Positions 15,446-29,065 of a stretch of 64,000 bases of DNA are shown here, in pieces. Below the pieces are notes generated by a model, which did no database searches, was not told where the DNA came from, and saw nothing but the letters and a program-made list of their open reading frames with translations. The stretch's first letter is position 1; each line of letters opens with the position of its first letter. The position numbers and the translations under genes are program-made. The DNA comes from the human T2T-CHM13v2.0 reference genome, Homo sapiens: NCBI RefSeq assembly GCF_009914755.1, contig NC_060931.1. One strand, written 5' to 3'.

Positions 15446-15784
15446 CTAGTGCTCATGAAGTATAATTCTTTTGAGAAATGACACAGTGCCTCTTAAAAAC
15501 TATCGAGCTCTTACCAAAAAAATGCTCAATAAATCACAAACAGAATGCATGTGACAAACTAAATGAATACAAGCAGTTCCAAAGATGTATGATTCAGAAG
15601 GTTGACCCAGTTGCTAATGGTCTGATTAGCTGGAACAATTTCTATCTAGAGTGTGCCAGAAACAATCTGAAAGTGATCAGAATAGGCATTTAAAGTCAAA
15701 ACCAAAGCGTTTGCCATACATTCAAAAACTACTTTCTGACTTGTATAAATTAATTTCACTGTCTCCTGATAGGTTTTGGCTCAC

Positions 15785-15831
15785 CATGTCAAATTCTGGC
15801 AACTTAGGGTTATTATCTATTTTATTTGCCT
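15785..15831 (-). pseudogene. Candidate relic exon (47 nt)
   Basis: Acceptor CTTTTCTCTCTAG| and donor ATG|GTGAGC; open frame ANKIDNNPKLPEFDM. Confidence 0.35.
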
Positions 15832-17684
15832 CTAGAGAGAAAAGCTCTCACCCAGATACAGACATCTGTTTGCTCTTAGCACTATTGTTTCTTTCTGGGC
15901 TTGCCAACTTTGTCACTTTAAATGTGGCATTTAAAATATTCTTTCAATATGACAGCCTAAGTATAGCTTGTGATAAAAAGCAATCCTCTAAGCAAAGTTG
16001 GGCAAAAACAATTTTTGAGAACAAGAAAGCAGGTCAATATGAAATGAATATGTTATACTCAGAAATGGGATCTGTGAGTTCTTGTAGTCTCATTTAACAA
16101 ATGTCTTTTTGATAGGCTTAATTATAAATCAATAAAAGTGTTAAAGAGGAAATCCCTGATGCTTAAAAAAATTATTTGTTGATTTAATGTAATTTGTCGT
16201 TAAAATAATTGCCTCTAAAGATAGTATATCAAGCACACTAATGAATTAAAAATGAACTTAGCAGTTAAACAAATTTTCATGTAAAACATTAAATCTATTT
16301 TGAAAATTCACACATTGCTAGATTCAATTTAAAAATTAACCTCAAGCCAGTTTAGAGATGTATGTACTGTAATTTATGTATTATAAAAGTTATAATGTAT
16401 ATTTGCAACAATTCATTTGGGACTATAAATAACCATAATGGCACCAAGAAAAAAGGTGACATCTGAAATTTATTTATCTAAATGATACAGATTTCTAACA
16501 ATGTAAGATCATTTAGGTTGTCTCCAAAGACAGAAGTAATACGCAACTATATTGGATTGGATGTGCTAAAGACAGCTGAGAACTAAATATCTGCCATTAA
16601 GTCCCCAGAGCTCATATCAGAAATGGCATGTTGTCCTCATAGAGATGTGGACTCAACGGTTTGGTAAATATTTTTATGTACATGTAGACTCAGAGGGGAC
16701 ATTTGGCAGTCATGCTGGCAGCTTATTTTCAAATAGTCCAAAGAGTAAAGGAATGTTTATTTTGAAATTACTTTTCGGTTTAAGTACTTTAAAGCCTAGT
16801 GTTACCCAATCAGAAGTATGTGTGTGTGTTGAATTTAAAGCAATACATTAAACCTTCTTTTCTTTCTAGAGTAACAGAACTAACAAACATTAAAGGTGTC
16901 TTTTGCTGCCACTTTAAGGCTGTTTAATTAAAATTAGAAAGACAATTAATGGGGAAATAAACCAGCATTCACAGAGAGAGTGCAGGCCTGCCAAAGTGAA
17001 AAGGTTTTATTTAATAAGGAAATAGGGAAACACCTAAAATCGGTTGTATATTTCCATTGTTCCTGGAAAAGAATTAAGATTTGGGATTCCAAATACCATC
17101 AGAAATGACTGCCTTTGGGGTATTGTTGCATAAGGAAAAGGCTTAAATATCTAAAAATTAAATCCCATTGTCAGATGCATAACAATAAACAATGAGAAGG
17201 TTAAAAATGACTATGCTTTTTCAAAGAGCTGAATCTCTGCCATGGCCAATAAATTAGATTACTCATTTCTAAACTACAATTATCTAATGTTGCAGGAACT
17301 GACATTTACTTATAAAAGGAATACTTAGTAATGATGACAAAGTAATGATGCTCTCTGGACTAGATTATTGTATGATTTTTATGCTTCCTGATAATAGATA
17401 TATGATTGTTTTATCATTACTATGTATTTTTGGAGTTCTTTAGTACTTTCATTTAAAAAAAAACTTTCAAGTTCCAACAAAATAAAAAATAGGTCATGGC
17501 TTTCTCCGTGCTTTCTTCAGTTTCCAAGAGTGTATGTCTAACATGTGATTTGGTCGGACTGGCCTCCTGTGGACTATCTTTGACTGACTCATATGGTTCA
17601 TTCCACTTCCCCTTCTTAAGGGTAAGGTTCATATCTTTAAGCAATTAGAAAAAAAAAGCCTACCCTGTTGAAAATAAAACTTAC

Positions 17685-17839
17685 GTTTGAGGTAACACAT
17701 TAAGACTAAACTGCAGTAGATTATAGCCACTTATTCAATCAAAAGCATACAGTATGGCTTTTAACTCCTACTCTGTTTTGAGGCGGGGAGGTGAAGCAAC
17801 CAGGATATATTAAATAACTATACCAGAGAGAAGAAAATG
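17685..17839 (-). pseudogene. Candidate exon (155 nt) with near-consensus splice sites
   Basis: Acceptor TCTTATTCTCTCATTTTTGCAG| and donor AAC|GTAAGT; all frames contain stops. Confidence 0.4.
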
Positions 17840-20239
17840 CTGCAAAAATGAGAGAATAAGACAGAAGGCAAACTTTCTAAACTTCTCAGCTTCGCTGTGA
17901 ATTGGCTTTGCTTGGATTGTAACTGGGAGGAAAACTGAAAAGGTTAATGGTAGTAGGTTTCTTCCTTGAAGCTGACAAGATTTACACTTTTTAAGAAAAG
18001 GATTTATACTTTTAAAGAAAAGCAAAATCTATAAAAAGGGGCCTCATTTCTCAGATGTGGTCTTTGAGATTATCCCTCTACACTTGGCCTGTCTCTATCT
18101 TTGTCTCCTAATTTTCTAAACGCAGAAGTCATCCCTATTAAGCCCTCACATGTCTGCTCAGCCCTGGCCTGCATGTCCTGTCTCAGGGTGACAGGTTACT
18201 AAGGGCTAGAGAAAATATTGGGAGTATATCCAGTAGTTCAGACACACAGCCTTACAAGCATTCTTTTTGTGGGTTCAGCCCTGGCCCTGTTGACCCTCAA
18301 GTGTCCAGCCCTGGATCCTGGTTTTGAGTCCCAGCTCTGTCACAGATTCTTAGCACTGTCCTGGCCCCACCACTTACACGGCTCTGCAGCAGTACCCTGA
18401 AAACTGCTGGCTTTTCTCTCTGACACTAGTGCCTTCTCATTTAGACTTGCTTTTATCTCATGTTCCAATCATGACTGGCTTGATAATATGAAACTTACAG
18501 ATCCTCAGATCATCTCCTTATCCTGGCTCTGCTTTCTGGATACTTGGCTCCATGGTTCCCTCTACTTGGCTTCTCCTTTGTCCATTCATTTTTCAACTTC
18601 CACCAGCTTCAGGGGTCTGCCCAGATTCCCGACCTCTATCCCCATCCTGATATCTCCTGGCCAGGACATGTGGGACCACACTGCCATCACCTGGGACCTT
18701 TACACCTTGTTTTATCCAAGTAAAATAGAAGTAAATAGGTTTTTTGTTACTGTTGTTGTTGTTGATTATTAAAGTTTCATATTTTATTGACATACTAAGA
18801 TTGGCTTTAAGTCATTAAATCATAAATCTTTAACAAAGATGATAGAAAATTCAAGTTATAATGATACATCAGGATCAAACGGAATTTGCCCCAAATGGTT
18901 CATACATGTTTAATATGTTTTTCACTTAGCTCTAAGCCATCAGTTTCAGTCATGTTTTCTGGTAGGAGAAAAGGAATCAGCTTTATTACATGACAGGCTC
19001 ACAGAGTCATCAAATAAGTCATCTGATTGGCTCTTACTAGATATATACTGTAAGGTCTGATTAGGAGCACCCTGCCTGCCATCAAGTGGGTGGGGGAGAA
19101 GGAAACTGAGCTGACCACTGCATATGTCTCAATAATTTCTTGCTCTTTAGCAAAACTCTATGAGCTTCAGGGGGGTTATGAGGGGGGTGTTCTTAATAAT
19201 TTCTAGAAGTTAATCCATGATACTAAAGGAATTTGTCAATTATTTTTTGTCAGAAAAAAATTATGGTCTCAAATGGCTCATATATCCCTCTAAAAAATCA
19301 GATTGTAGAATGTAGAACCATCTAAATATAAGCATATTAATTCACCCCAATGCTGAGGTGAGTAAAGCTGGAGATTTTCACATCTTCACAGCAAGAGAGC
19401 AATTAGTCAAAATTACAATGAATCAAAACTTGGAAAATTTTCCTATCAATTTCCTCATGAAACTGAATGTCTAATAAACCTTTTCTAAAAAACCAGGATA
19501 GCATATTTCTATGCTTTTTAAAAAATTGTTGAACATGAATATCAACAAATAGGTTGTAGTAAAATTACTTTAGTTATAAAACTACATTATATTGTGATTT
19601 CATTTTTATTCAGCTAAGTTAATACTGATCAATTCTCTAAACTACATTTATTAACAAAGGCTAGACTACAAAATATTAAGTCAAAAATAACATTGATTTG
19701 TAGTCCAGCTGATTTGTGTCTGAAGAACACATTTCAAAGTTTGGTCATTTAAAAAGCAGTTCTCTTTAGTACTACTCCTTCATATTTAGGATACAAGAGA
19801 ATATAGGAAATAATAGAATTGAATACTAAGAATTTTTATATCCAAATTTCTTATTTCTTTCTACAATAAATAAGTTTCACCAATCTTTTCCATCAGAAAT
19901 ATCTTAAACTTTTTTCTTTGGAGGGGAGATTTCTTAATGGGAAAATAAAATCTATTTTATTGAAGAGTTGGCTTTTAACAAACTGGTGAATCTGAAATTG
20001 GTACCAGGAAACCCTCACTGTGAAGGTAACCAATACTTACGAAGGACTACTGGATAAAATAATTTGGTGATTGGTACTCCTTATCTTCACCAGGAGAGAA
20101 AAAAAGGCAAATATAGGACAAGCAGGATATACTTTTGTCCTACAATGAGTCCATGTAGAATTTGAAATTAGATCTATCCTCCTAACTTTAAATCCCTTGC
20201 AAACTTAGTGAGTGTCACCGAGTTTGAAGTGTTTTAAAA

Positions 20240-21960
20240 AAACTTACCGTATATATTTAGGGTTTAATACATGATGTTTAGATATACATGCAGATAATGA
20301 AAAGGTTACCATAGTGAAGCAAATTGACATAGCTATCATCTCGCAGTTACCCTTTTTTGTTTTTGTGACATGATCACCTAAAATTTCCTTTTAGCAAAAA
20401 TCCTGAGCACAGTACAGTATTTAAGTATAGTCCTCATGTTTTACATTAGGTCTCTAGATGTGTTCATCCTACCTATCTGGTACTTTATAACCTTTGACTT
20501 ACATTTTCCCACTCACCTCCTAATGCTACAACAAACATGAGTATACAATTTTTCCCTTGAGATCTTATTTTCAAGTCTTTTGGAAATATACACAAATGTG
20601 GGCTTGTAGGATCATATTGTAATTATATTTTTAATTTTAAAAGGAATTTCCATATTGCTTTTTATAGAGGCTATGCTATTTTGTATTCCCACCAACAGTA
20701 TGGAGTCTTAGGTTCTCCATATCCTCACCAACACTTATTTCCTCTTTTGACTTAAAAATAAAAATAAAAAACAATGTAAGGTAATATCTCATTATGGTTT
20801 CAATTCTCATTTCTCTAATGATCATAAGGATGCAGAATATTTCTCATATGTTTCCTGGCCATTTGTATATCTTTGTAGAAATATCTAGTCCTGTGTCCAT
20901 TTTAAAATTAGATTGTTTGTTTTTGTTGTTATTGAGTGGTAGGAGCTCTTGATATATTTTGGGTATTAACCCCATATCAGACACATGGCTCACAAATATT
21001 TTCTCATTACATATGCTGTCTTTTTACTGTTGATTGTTTCCTTTGCTGTGTACAATTTTGAAAGTTTAATGTAGTCTATTTTGCTTTTTTTTTTTTTGTC
21101 TGTGCTTTTGGTGTCATATTGAAGAAATCATTGCCAACACCAGTATTATGAAGCTTTCCCCCTATGTTTTCCTTTAGGAGTTTATGGTTTCAAGTCTAAT
21201 CCATTTTGAGTTAATTTTTGTGTATTGTCTAAGGTAAGGTGCTAACTTTATTATTTCGCTGGTGGATGTTCAGTTTTCCCAACATTATTTGTTGAAGAAA
21301 CTACCTTTTCCCTATTGTGTAACCTTCACACCTTTGTGACCATATATGTGAGGGTTATCTCTGGGTTCTCTATTTTGCTCTATTGCTCTATATGTCTGTT
21401 TTTATGCCAATAACACTGTTTGGATTACCGTAGCTGAGTAATATGTTTTGAAATCAAGATGTGTGAAGTCTCCAGCTCTGCTTTTCTCTTTCAAGATGGT
21501 TTTGGCTGTTCAGAGTCCCATGAGATTCCATACAAATTTTAGAATTAAAAAAAAATTAATGCCATTGGAATTTTGATAGGGAATTCATTGAATCTGTAGA
21601 TCACTGGGTAGTGTGGATGTTTTAATAAGATTAAGACTTTGAATCCATAAACGCAGGGTTTCTTTGCGTTTTTGTATGTCTTCTTTAATTTCTGTCAGCA
21701 ATGTTTTGTAGTTTTCTGTATACAAGTCTTTCACCTCCTTGGCGAAGTTCCTTTTTTTTTTTTTGATGCTATTGATACTATTGTAAGTGGAATTGTTTTC
21801 TTTCACTTTTCATAATCTACTTTTCAGATTGTTCATTGTTAGTATATAGAAACACAACTGATTTTTTGTGTGCTAATTTTATATACTGTAACTTTGCTAA
21901 ATCGTTTATTAGTTCTAGCAGTTTTTTGTGGAGTCTTTAGGGTTTTCTACATACAAGAGA
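20240..21960 (-). mobile_element. Old L1 (L1MA/L1MB class) 3' portion
   Basis: T-rich plus strand; minus ORF 21585-21806 contains KEVKDLYTENYKTLLTEIKED (L1 ORF2). Confidence 0.88.
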
Positions 21961-22067
21961 TTTTTTTGTAATTTTTTTTTTTTTTTTAGCTCATCAACTA
22001 TTGTTAGTGTATTTTATTTGTGGCTCGAGATAATTCTTCCAGTGTTTCCCAGGGAAGCCAAAGGACC
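21960..22067. mobile_element. MER30 (hAT-Charlie) fragment
   Basis: GCTCATCAACTATTGTTAGTG...AATTCTTCCAGTG...CAGGGAAGCCAAA. Confidence 0.7.
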
Positions 22068-23449
22068 TGTCAAAGAGACAGATATGTAGTAAATAGTCAC
22101 AAAATTTTTGAATGCATGCTTGCATGCATGAACAAATGAGTGAATAATCTGATGATGTTTATAAGCATAAAAATTTACTCTTAATATAAGTTTTAAGCAC
22201 CTCTTTAGCTTGAGATTCTGGAGCTCTCTCCATTTTGCTTTATCACCTAGAAATAGGAAACTACTTTTATGTCCCTAAACATGGTATATTGTTTCATGCC
22301 TGTATGAGTGTGCTCCTGCTGCTCCTTCTGCTTAGGATGGTTCTTCTCCACTTGGTACAAATGGCAAGGTTCTATGTATCCATTAGTACACAGCTGGAAG
22401 GCCAACTTTCCTGTAAAGCCCTCACTGCAACTCCTCTTCAGAGAGGAAAACATCCCCGACTCTGAGCTATATGCATGCTTTTGACCTTGCGTATGCTTCT
22501 GAGATTCACTGTACCACACACTTTTTTGCATATATCTTGATTATATTGTACAAATCTTTAGGGAAGGATCAAAGGCCCTCTATTCTTTGTTTTACATAAC
22601 TTACACTGTCGCTGGTATTCATCAGTATTTCAAGAAGAAAAAGTGGAATATTATAGAAGCTAACAGAGGTGAGGATTAAGAAGGAGGGGCTACTAGTTGG
22701 TACCATATGTAGGAAATGATTCAGAGATACGATAATTAATTTGGAGAGTAGTATTAATAGAAAAAATAATAATGCTAGCCTTAGACACAAGGGGATTTAG
22801 AGACAAGAGACTATATGATAAGCAAGAGGATGATATAGTCATTTTTGTTAAGCATATAAGATATGCCTATAATAAGAATTGCTTTATTGATAATACGTCT
22901 AATATTGAATATCTAATATGAAATATATGTGGAGGGCATTTTCCCTCCTTCCAGGTTCCCATCCATATATATGAAAACTCCCTTTAGCATTGTTTTAAAA
23001 TTTGATATGCAACAATTGTGAACCACGATTTTAATTGGCCCTCAATTGATCACTATGATATTTAATTTTTTTTATCAAATATTGTAAATTTGATCCTATA
23101 GTGTGGCTTTTATGGAAGGCAGTCTTCACCACAGACCTTGATGAAAGACTATGCTTATCACATGAAAGATTGGCATTAGGCAAGCAGTTTGAAGTGTCAG
23201 GTATTTGTAATTCAAAAGATTAAGCACGAAGCTTTAGGAAAATACAAATGAAATTAAATGTGAACTGTTTAACCTCAAGTACCCTTTTTCACACAACCAA
23301 TTTACACATGTTTGGCAAGTATGTCCAGGCTCAAAACCTTGAAACCAAGCATGCTGCAAAACCATATGTATATGATTTATTAAAAAACAGTTACAGATGT
23401 ATTGGACAAGTTCTAAAGTTGATTCTGTAAGCAGAACTAGTGGAAGAGC

Positions 23450-23990
23450 AACATAGTGTGTAGAGACATGGTTAAGATCATGAGTTCTGCAGTCAAACTC
23501 TTAGTTCAAAGCTCATTCCACCCCTTAATCCTATAAGATGAGCAAAATTACTTAATTTCAGTTTTATCATCTATAGACCTTGAGATCTCAATAACACCAA
23601 GCTCGGTGAGTAATTGTGAAGTTGAAATAAGATAACGTTTTGAATAATGTCTAACACATTTTAAAGACTCAATAAACATTTGCTGTTATTATTCTACACA
23701 AAGGAACATTAATGACAATATAACCAAATTAGAACAGAGAGCCATTTGTTAAGATTGTTAATAAAACCTATTGTATTTATTTCCTACTCCATGCCAGGTG
23801 CTGAGCAAGGTGCTCTAGGTAAATAATTTTGCTTACCTTCACATTATGTTATGAGTATTATTAACCCTATTTTATAAAAGAGGAGATTAACACTCAGAGA
23901 TGTTACACAATTTGCTCAAGATCATGGAACTAGTCAGTGCAGATACAGGTTTTAAACCCAGGTATGTTAGACTCCTAATCCTGTACTCTT
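23450..23990. mobile_element. Two MIR SINE fragments in opposite orientations
   Basis: MIR core motifs at ~23470-23690 and ~23780-23990 (CCTATTTTATAAAAGAGGAGA..CTCAGAGATGTTA). Confidence 0.65.
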
Positions 23991-24805
23991 TGCATACTTT
24001 TTTAAATAATGGAGTTTAGAGTCTGACAAATGGAAAAGTTGAAGAAATGGTCCTTCATTGAGTACTTGTTAATTGTACTATTGTACGCTTTCACATCAGC
24101 CTATGCTACATCTCAAAGTTTAATCAAATCAATTTCCGAACCCAGGAAAAGATATATGAAAAAAAAGAGTACACCAAATATGGTTTCTCTAAAATAGCCC
24201 TGGGTTCTCAAAAGGAATAACTGACCTTGGTGCAAAAGTTGAAACAATGCCCCTAATTCTGTTAGGCCACTTTATGAAATCTGGGGATTAAGAGCTTTGT
24301 ATAGCAAAATGCTATGGGGCCAGAAAGCTTCTCCCTCTATTCCATGGGGCAGTGAGGTGAATGGTGTACAATTAGGGAAGGAAAGGGAGGCACCTAAACT
24401 ACAATCAAAAGAGACAAGGCAATGTCTGGAAGATAAAACGGTAAGATGAAAGAAATTTCTGGATGGCCAGGGGTCAAGGTAGAGCTATTAGAAGCTAATA
24501 AATTGATATTACCTTCAAGGAAACATGGAGCTAAACCCTCAAAAGAAGTTCTTCGAACATACTCTTTTCCTAAAAATAAATCAATATACCAAGGCCCACC
24601 AAAGTTCCTGTGCCCTTACTCCCCATCTGTCCCCATTCAGTATCAGAACTTTCACAACTGTGGTTTCCATGGCCGCTCAACTTGAATTCAATGTCTCTGA
24701 TTTTGGAAACCTAACATTTGACCCTCTGCTCCCACTTCTTACTAGCAAGACTCCTTTGTTCCCACTCAATTCCTCTTCTATTTACTGCCAATCAAAATTA
24801 TTAGA

Positions 24806-25640
24806 ATCAACAAGAAGAAAACCAAATAACGCTGTTAAAAAGTGGGCAAAGGACATGAACAGACACTTCTCCAAAGAAGACATACAAGCAGCCAACAAAC
24901 ATTTTAAAAAATGCTCAACATCACTAATGATCAGAGAAATGCAAATGAAAACCACAGTGAGACACTGTCTCACATTCATCAGAATGGCTATTATTAAAAA
25001 GCCAAAAAATAACAGATGTTGGGGGGGTTGCAGAGAAAAGGGAATACTCATAAATTGTTGGCAAGAATGTAAATAAGTTCAGTCCCTATGAAAGCAGTGT
25101 GGAGATTTCTCAAATACATCAAACTAGAACTACCATTCAATCCCATTAGTGGGTATATACTCAAAGGAAAATCAATTGTTCTACCAAAAATACACCTGTA
25201 CTTGGTTTATCACAGCATTATTCACAATAGCAAAGACATGGAGTCTACTCAGCCCAATAGTGGAATGGATAAAGAAAATGTGGTACATATAATCATGGAA
25301 CACTACACTGTTATAAAAAAATGAAATAATGTCCTTTGTAGCAACATGGATATAGCTGCAGGCTGTTATCCTAAGTGAATTAACACAGAAACAAAAAAAA
25401 TCAAATACCACATGTTTTTTCTTACAAGTGAGAGGTAAACAGGGGGTACACATGCACATGAAGATGGGAACAATAGGCACTGGGAACTCCAAAAGAAGAG
25501 AGGGGAAGCAGATAAGGGTTGAAAAACTACCTATTGGGTACTATATTCACTATTTGAGTGATGGGTTCAATAGAAGCCCAAACTTCAGCATCCATGTAAC
25601 AAACCTGCACATGTATCCCTTAAATCTAAAGTAAAAATAA
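24806..25640 (+). mobile_element. L1PB-class 5'-truncated L1 (ORF2 C-terminus plus 3'UTR)
   Basis: [22 protein letters not shown]...NNRCW translation; 3'UTR ends CCTGCACATGTATCCCTTAAATCTAAAGTAAAAATAA. Confidence 0.92.
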
Positions 25641-28277
25641 AGTTGTCTTAGAGAAACTAAATTTCCAATGTTTCTCTGAGATGTACCCCCACTCTGTTTG
25701 TGTATCTGTTCACTTTTTTTTTTTCTCCACAGGTTGCCACAACCCTAACTTTCCTGGCCAAATTCAAAATCTAAAATATTGCATACACACACAAAAAATA
25801 GGTTTCAGTCCTTGGAAAGAGATGGTGCTTGCTTCGTGGGTTAGGCTAGCAGGTGATAGACCAATCCGAAATAAGCAGGCGAATAATAAAATAAATTATA
25901 AGAACGCTATTTAAGAGTTTATTAAAATAATATGGTGCAAAGCACGTTATATTGGCTATCTCGTTTAATTATTACATTCTTTGAAATTGGTATTATTTTC
26001 CTGATTTTACATGTGAAGAACTGAGGCTTATGAAGGTCAAATACAGTGTCAAAAAATCTAAGGCATCTGACATTGGGATAATGTGGAGTCCTGACCCCCT
26101 CCCTGCCCAGGGTAGTTACTGGAGGTAGTGGCGCCAGGAGACCTGCTGGGCGGCTGACTATGTCCTCTTTCTTGATCTGGGTGCTGGTTACATAGGAGTG
26201 TTTACTCTGTAAAATTTCAAAAAGTTTTATATGCCTTATATGTATGTTATAATTCAATAAATCTTTAAATTTTTAAAACTCTAATAATGTTAAAAATACT
26301 TGTTCAAGGTCGCCGTGGAAGAGCTGAAATATAGTGGAGATCTGCCTGCCTGCAGAGCCCAAATATTTAAACTGAGCACACTGCCTTCTATTTTACAGCC
26401 TCACCAGATAATGTAAAGAGTGTGACACTGAATCTCCTTAAAATCTGGGGTTATTACTGTCTGAATAATCGCCTCAGGGAACCAGACTGGTTCCTTATAT
26501 AGTGGAAAAACGGGCAAACAATCATTGCAGAAGGAAACACTTATTATGGATTTGGGAAAAGAGGATGTTGAAACTGAGTCTCAGCCGCTGCTGCAGCAGG
26601 AACCAAGGCTTGGTTTCCAGGGGCCTCAAAGGCTGTCAAAGAGAAATTACTTGACACTCAACGTTGAGTTTAGGTTTTTCTTCCATCCTAAACCTGGGTC
26701 GAGCACAATAAATTGGACTAAAATTCCATGACCCTGGACTGGACAACAGAGTGGAAATGAGGCTAACCTTCATTTAGACTCATTATTAGGAACTTCACTC
26801 AAAAAGAAAGGAAAAAGATCCCCCCAAAAGCATCTAAGCCAAAAATGAAGTAGAAAAAGAAAAAGAGGAAAAGCTTCAAACCAAAAGGGCTAGTCAGAGA
26901 GGTGAAAACCTATAGGGCACAGTAGACCTGAAACCACAGGAAGCTAAACAGAGTGAGAAGGCTCTGGTTTTTTATTGGGGGCAAGATTTGGAAAGATTTC
27001 TGAAGTGCTATGTTTTTATCCCCAGGTAGGAGCAAACTATGCAGGGCACCAGCTGGTTTGGGCCCCTCTGCGGTGGCATCCCAAATGGAGCTCCTTTTCT
27101 CTAAGCATTTAGTGACTACATGCTGCTTGTCCCACAGGGAAAAAAGTGGGTCATAAAACTTGTTTTCTGTTTCCTAAAATGCCTAATAAAATGCTTTCAC
27201 AAATTCTGCATGTCCAGAGTCAGTGACATAAGGCACACTGGTTCCAATAAAGCCTTTTACGAAGTATTTGACACCTGTCCACAGCTCTATTTTGACCTGG
27301 GACAAATCCAGAAAAATATGGAAACTTCACCAGTGCCTTTCCAATAGGTGTTTCCCAAGCTTCATAGACAAGTAATCGCCATGCTTTTTCCACTGAAATA
27401 TTTACTTCAATGTCACTTTGAGCATGGCAGGTCTTAGCTTAACCAGGCCATGGTTTTCATTCCCTTCTGCAGAATTTGCATAAAACTTAGTCAGAGCAGG
27501 CCAACACACTGGTGGATCTCAGCAGCGCTTCCTTCTTTAGTTGTCTGAAATACTTTATGGCAGGCTGCACACAGCTCATCTTATTTCCATTGCTTTAGAC
27601 ACATATGAGGTGTTAACATCATTTAATTTTTCTACCATAAGGGAGAGGCTCTGTCCCTCAGGAGATAACATATTTGGACTCAGTCTAGGAAGTTAACACA
27701 AACCACATTTTAGTACCTGAAACTTTCAAATCCATGCTGGCAAAAAGGAAAGTCAAAAGTCAAAATTATTGTTGGTTACAAAATGAAATCAGAACAGGGA
27801 GAAACAGTAATTGCCAAAAAAAAAATTAACCAAATCTAAAACTTTTTTGTGTCTGACACTGAAAGGCATGATGAATGATTATGATAAAATGGCGATAAGT
27901 ACCTTTCCCTTAAAGGGTTGTCATAAGATGAGAAAGATTGTATATAAAGCTCCCAGTGAGTGTTAGTATGTGCTAGACAAGGTTCTAAACATTTTACTTG
28001 TATTATTTACTTGTATTATCTTTATTCCTCACATCTACCTAGGAGGTAGGTTCTCAACTGCATTTTACAGGTGTAGAAATCCAGGTACAGAGAAGTTTAT
28101 ATTTCTTGATTCATAAGTCAGGATTGGCACCAAGATATTCTAGCTCCAGAGACCACAGAATTAACCACTGCTTTTCAGAACTGGCCTTAGTATAGAGAGG
28201 AGTTCTGAGCAAGATCTTGACTGATGGAGTTTGACCAGGTAGGGGCAGCAGGAGATGTTCCCTGCTTCAGCCAGAGG

Positions 28278-28278
28278 G

Positions 28279-28325
<47 letters not shown>

Positions 28326-28340
28326 CATCCATCCATATTT

Positions 28341-28380
<40 letters not shown>

Positions 28381-28397
28381 TTTCTTTCTTTCTTTTT
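28278..28397. repeat. Compound microsatellite (ATCT)n-(ATCC)n-(TTTC)n at an L1 tail
   Basis: Read directly. Confidence 0.95.
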
Positions 28398-29065
28398 AAC
28401 CTTTAAATTCAGAGGTACATGTGCAGGTTTGTTACATATGCAAACTTGTATCATGGAGGTTTGTGGTACAGATTATTTCATCACCCAGGTATTAAGCCTA
28501 GTACCCAGTAGCTAGTTTTTCTTGATCCTCTCCCTCCTCCTACCTTCCACTCTCTGAAATGCTCCAGTGTGTGTTTTTGCCCTCTATGTGTCCATGTGTT
28601 CTCATCATTTAGCTCTCACTTATACGTGAGTACATGTGGTATTTGGTTTTGTGTTCCTGTGTTAGTTTACTGAGAAAAATGGCCTCCAGCTCCATCCATG
28701 TCCCTGCAAAGGACATGATCTCGCTGAAAGCATTCCCCTTGAAAACTGGCACAAGATGAGGATGCCCTCTATCACCACTTCTATTCAACATAAGTTCTGG
28801 GCAGGGCAATCAGGCAAGAGAAAGAAACAAAGGGCACCAAATAGGAAGAGAGGAAGTCAAACTGTCCATGCTTGAAGATGACTTGATTCTATACCTAGAA
28901 AATCCCATAGGCTCAGCCCAAAAGCTTCTTCAGCTGATAAACAACTTCAGCAAAGTCTCAGGATATGAAATCAATGTGCAAAAATCACCAGCATTCCTAT
29001 ACATCAACAGCAGTCAACCCAAGAACCAAATCAGGAACGAACTCTCATTCACAATTGTTGCAAAA
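28281..29065 (-). mobile_element. 5'-inverted L1 (older L1PA class): minus-strand 3' end to ~28722, plus-strand ORF2 RT segment 28723-29065
   Basis: Strand switch at GGACATGATCTC|GCTGAAAGCATTCCCC; inverted part encodes [10 protein letters not shown]...FSKVSGY; TSD core AGAGGGAT at 28273-28280 and 29066-29073. Confidence 0.88.

Noticed and set aside
15478-15693. Plus-strand ORF with an EF-hand-like VDPVANGLISWNNF
   Set aside because: No flanking splice sites or second motif; likely chance.
24525-25076. 183-aa ORF as a chimeric gene
   Set aside because: Chance open frame running into an L1PB ORF2 C-terminal fragment; no promoter or splice support.
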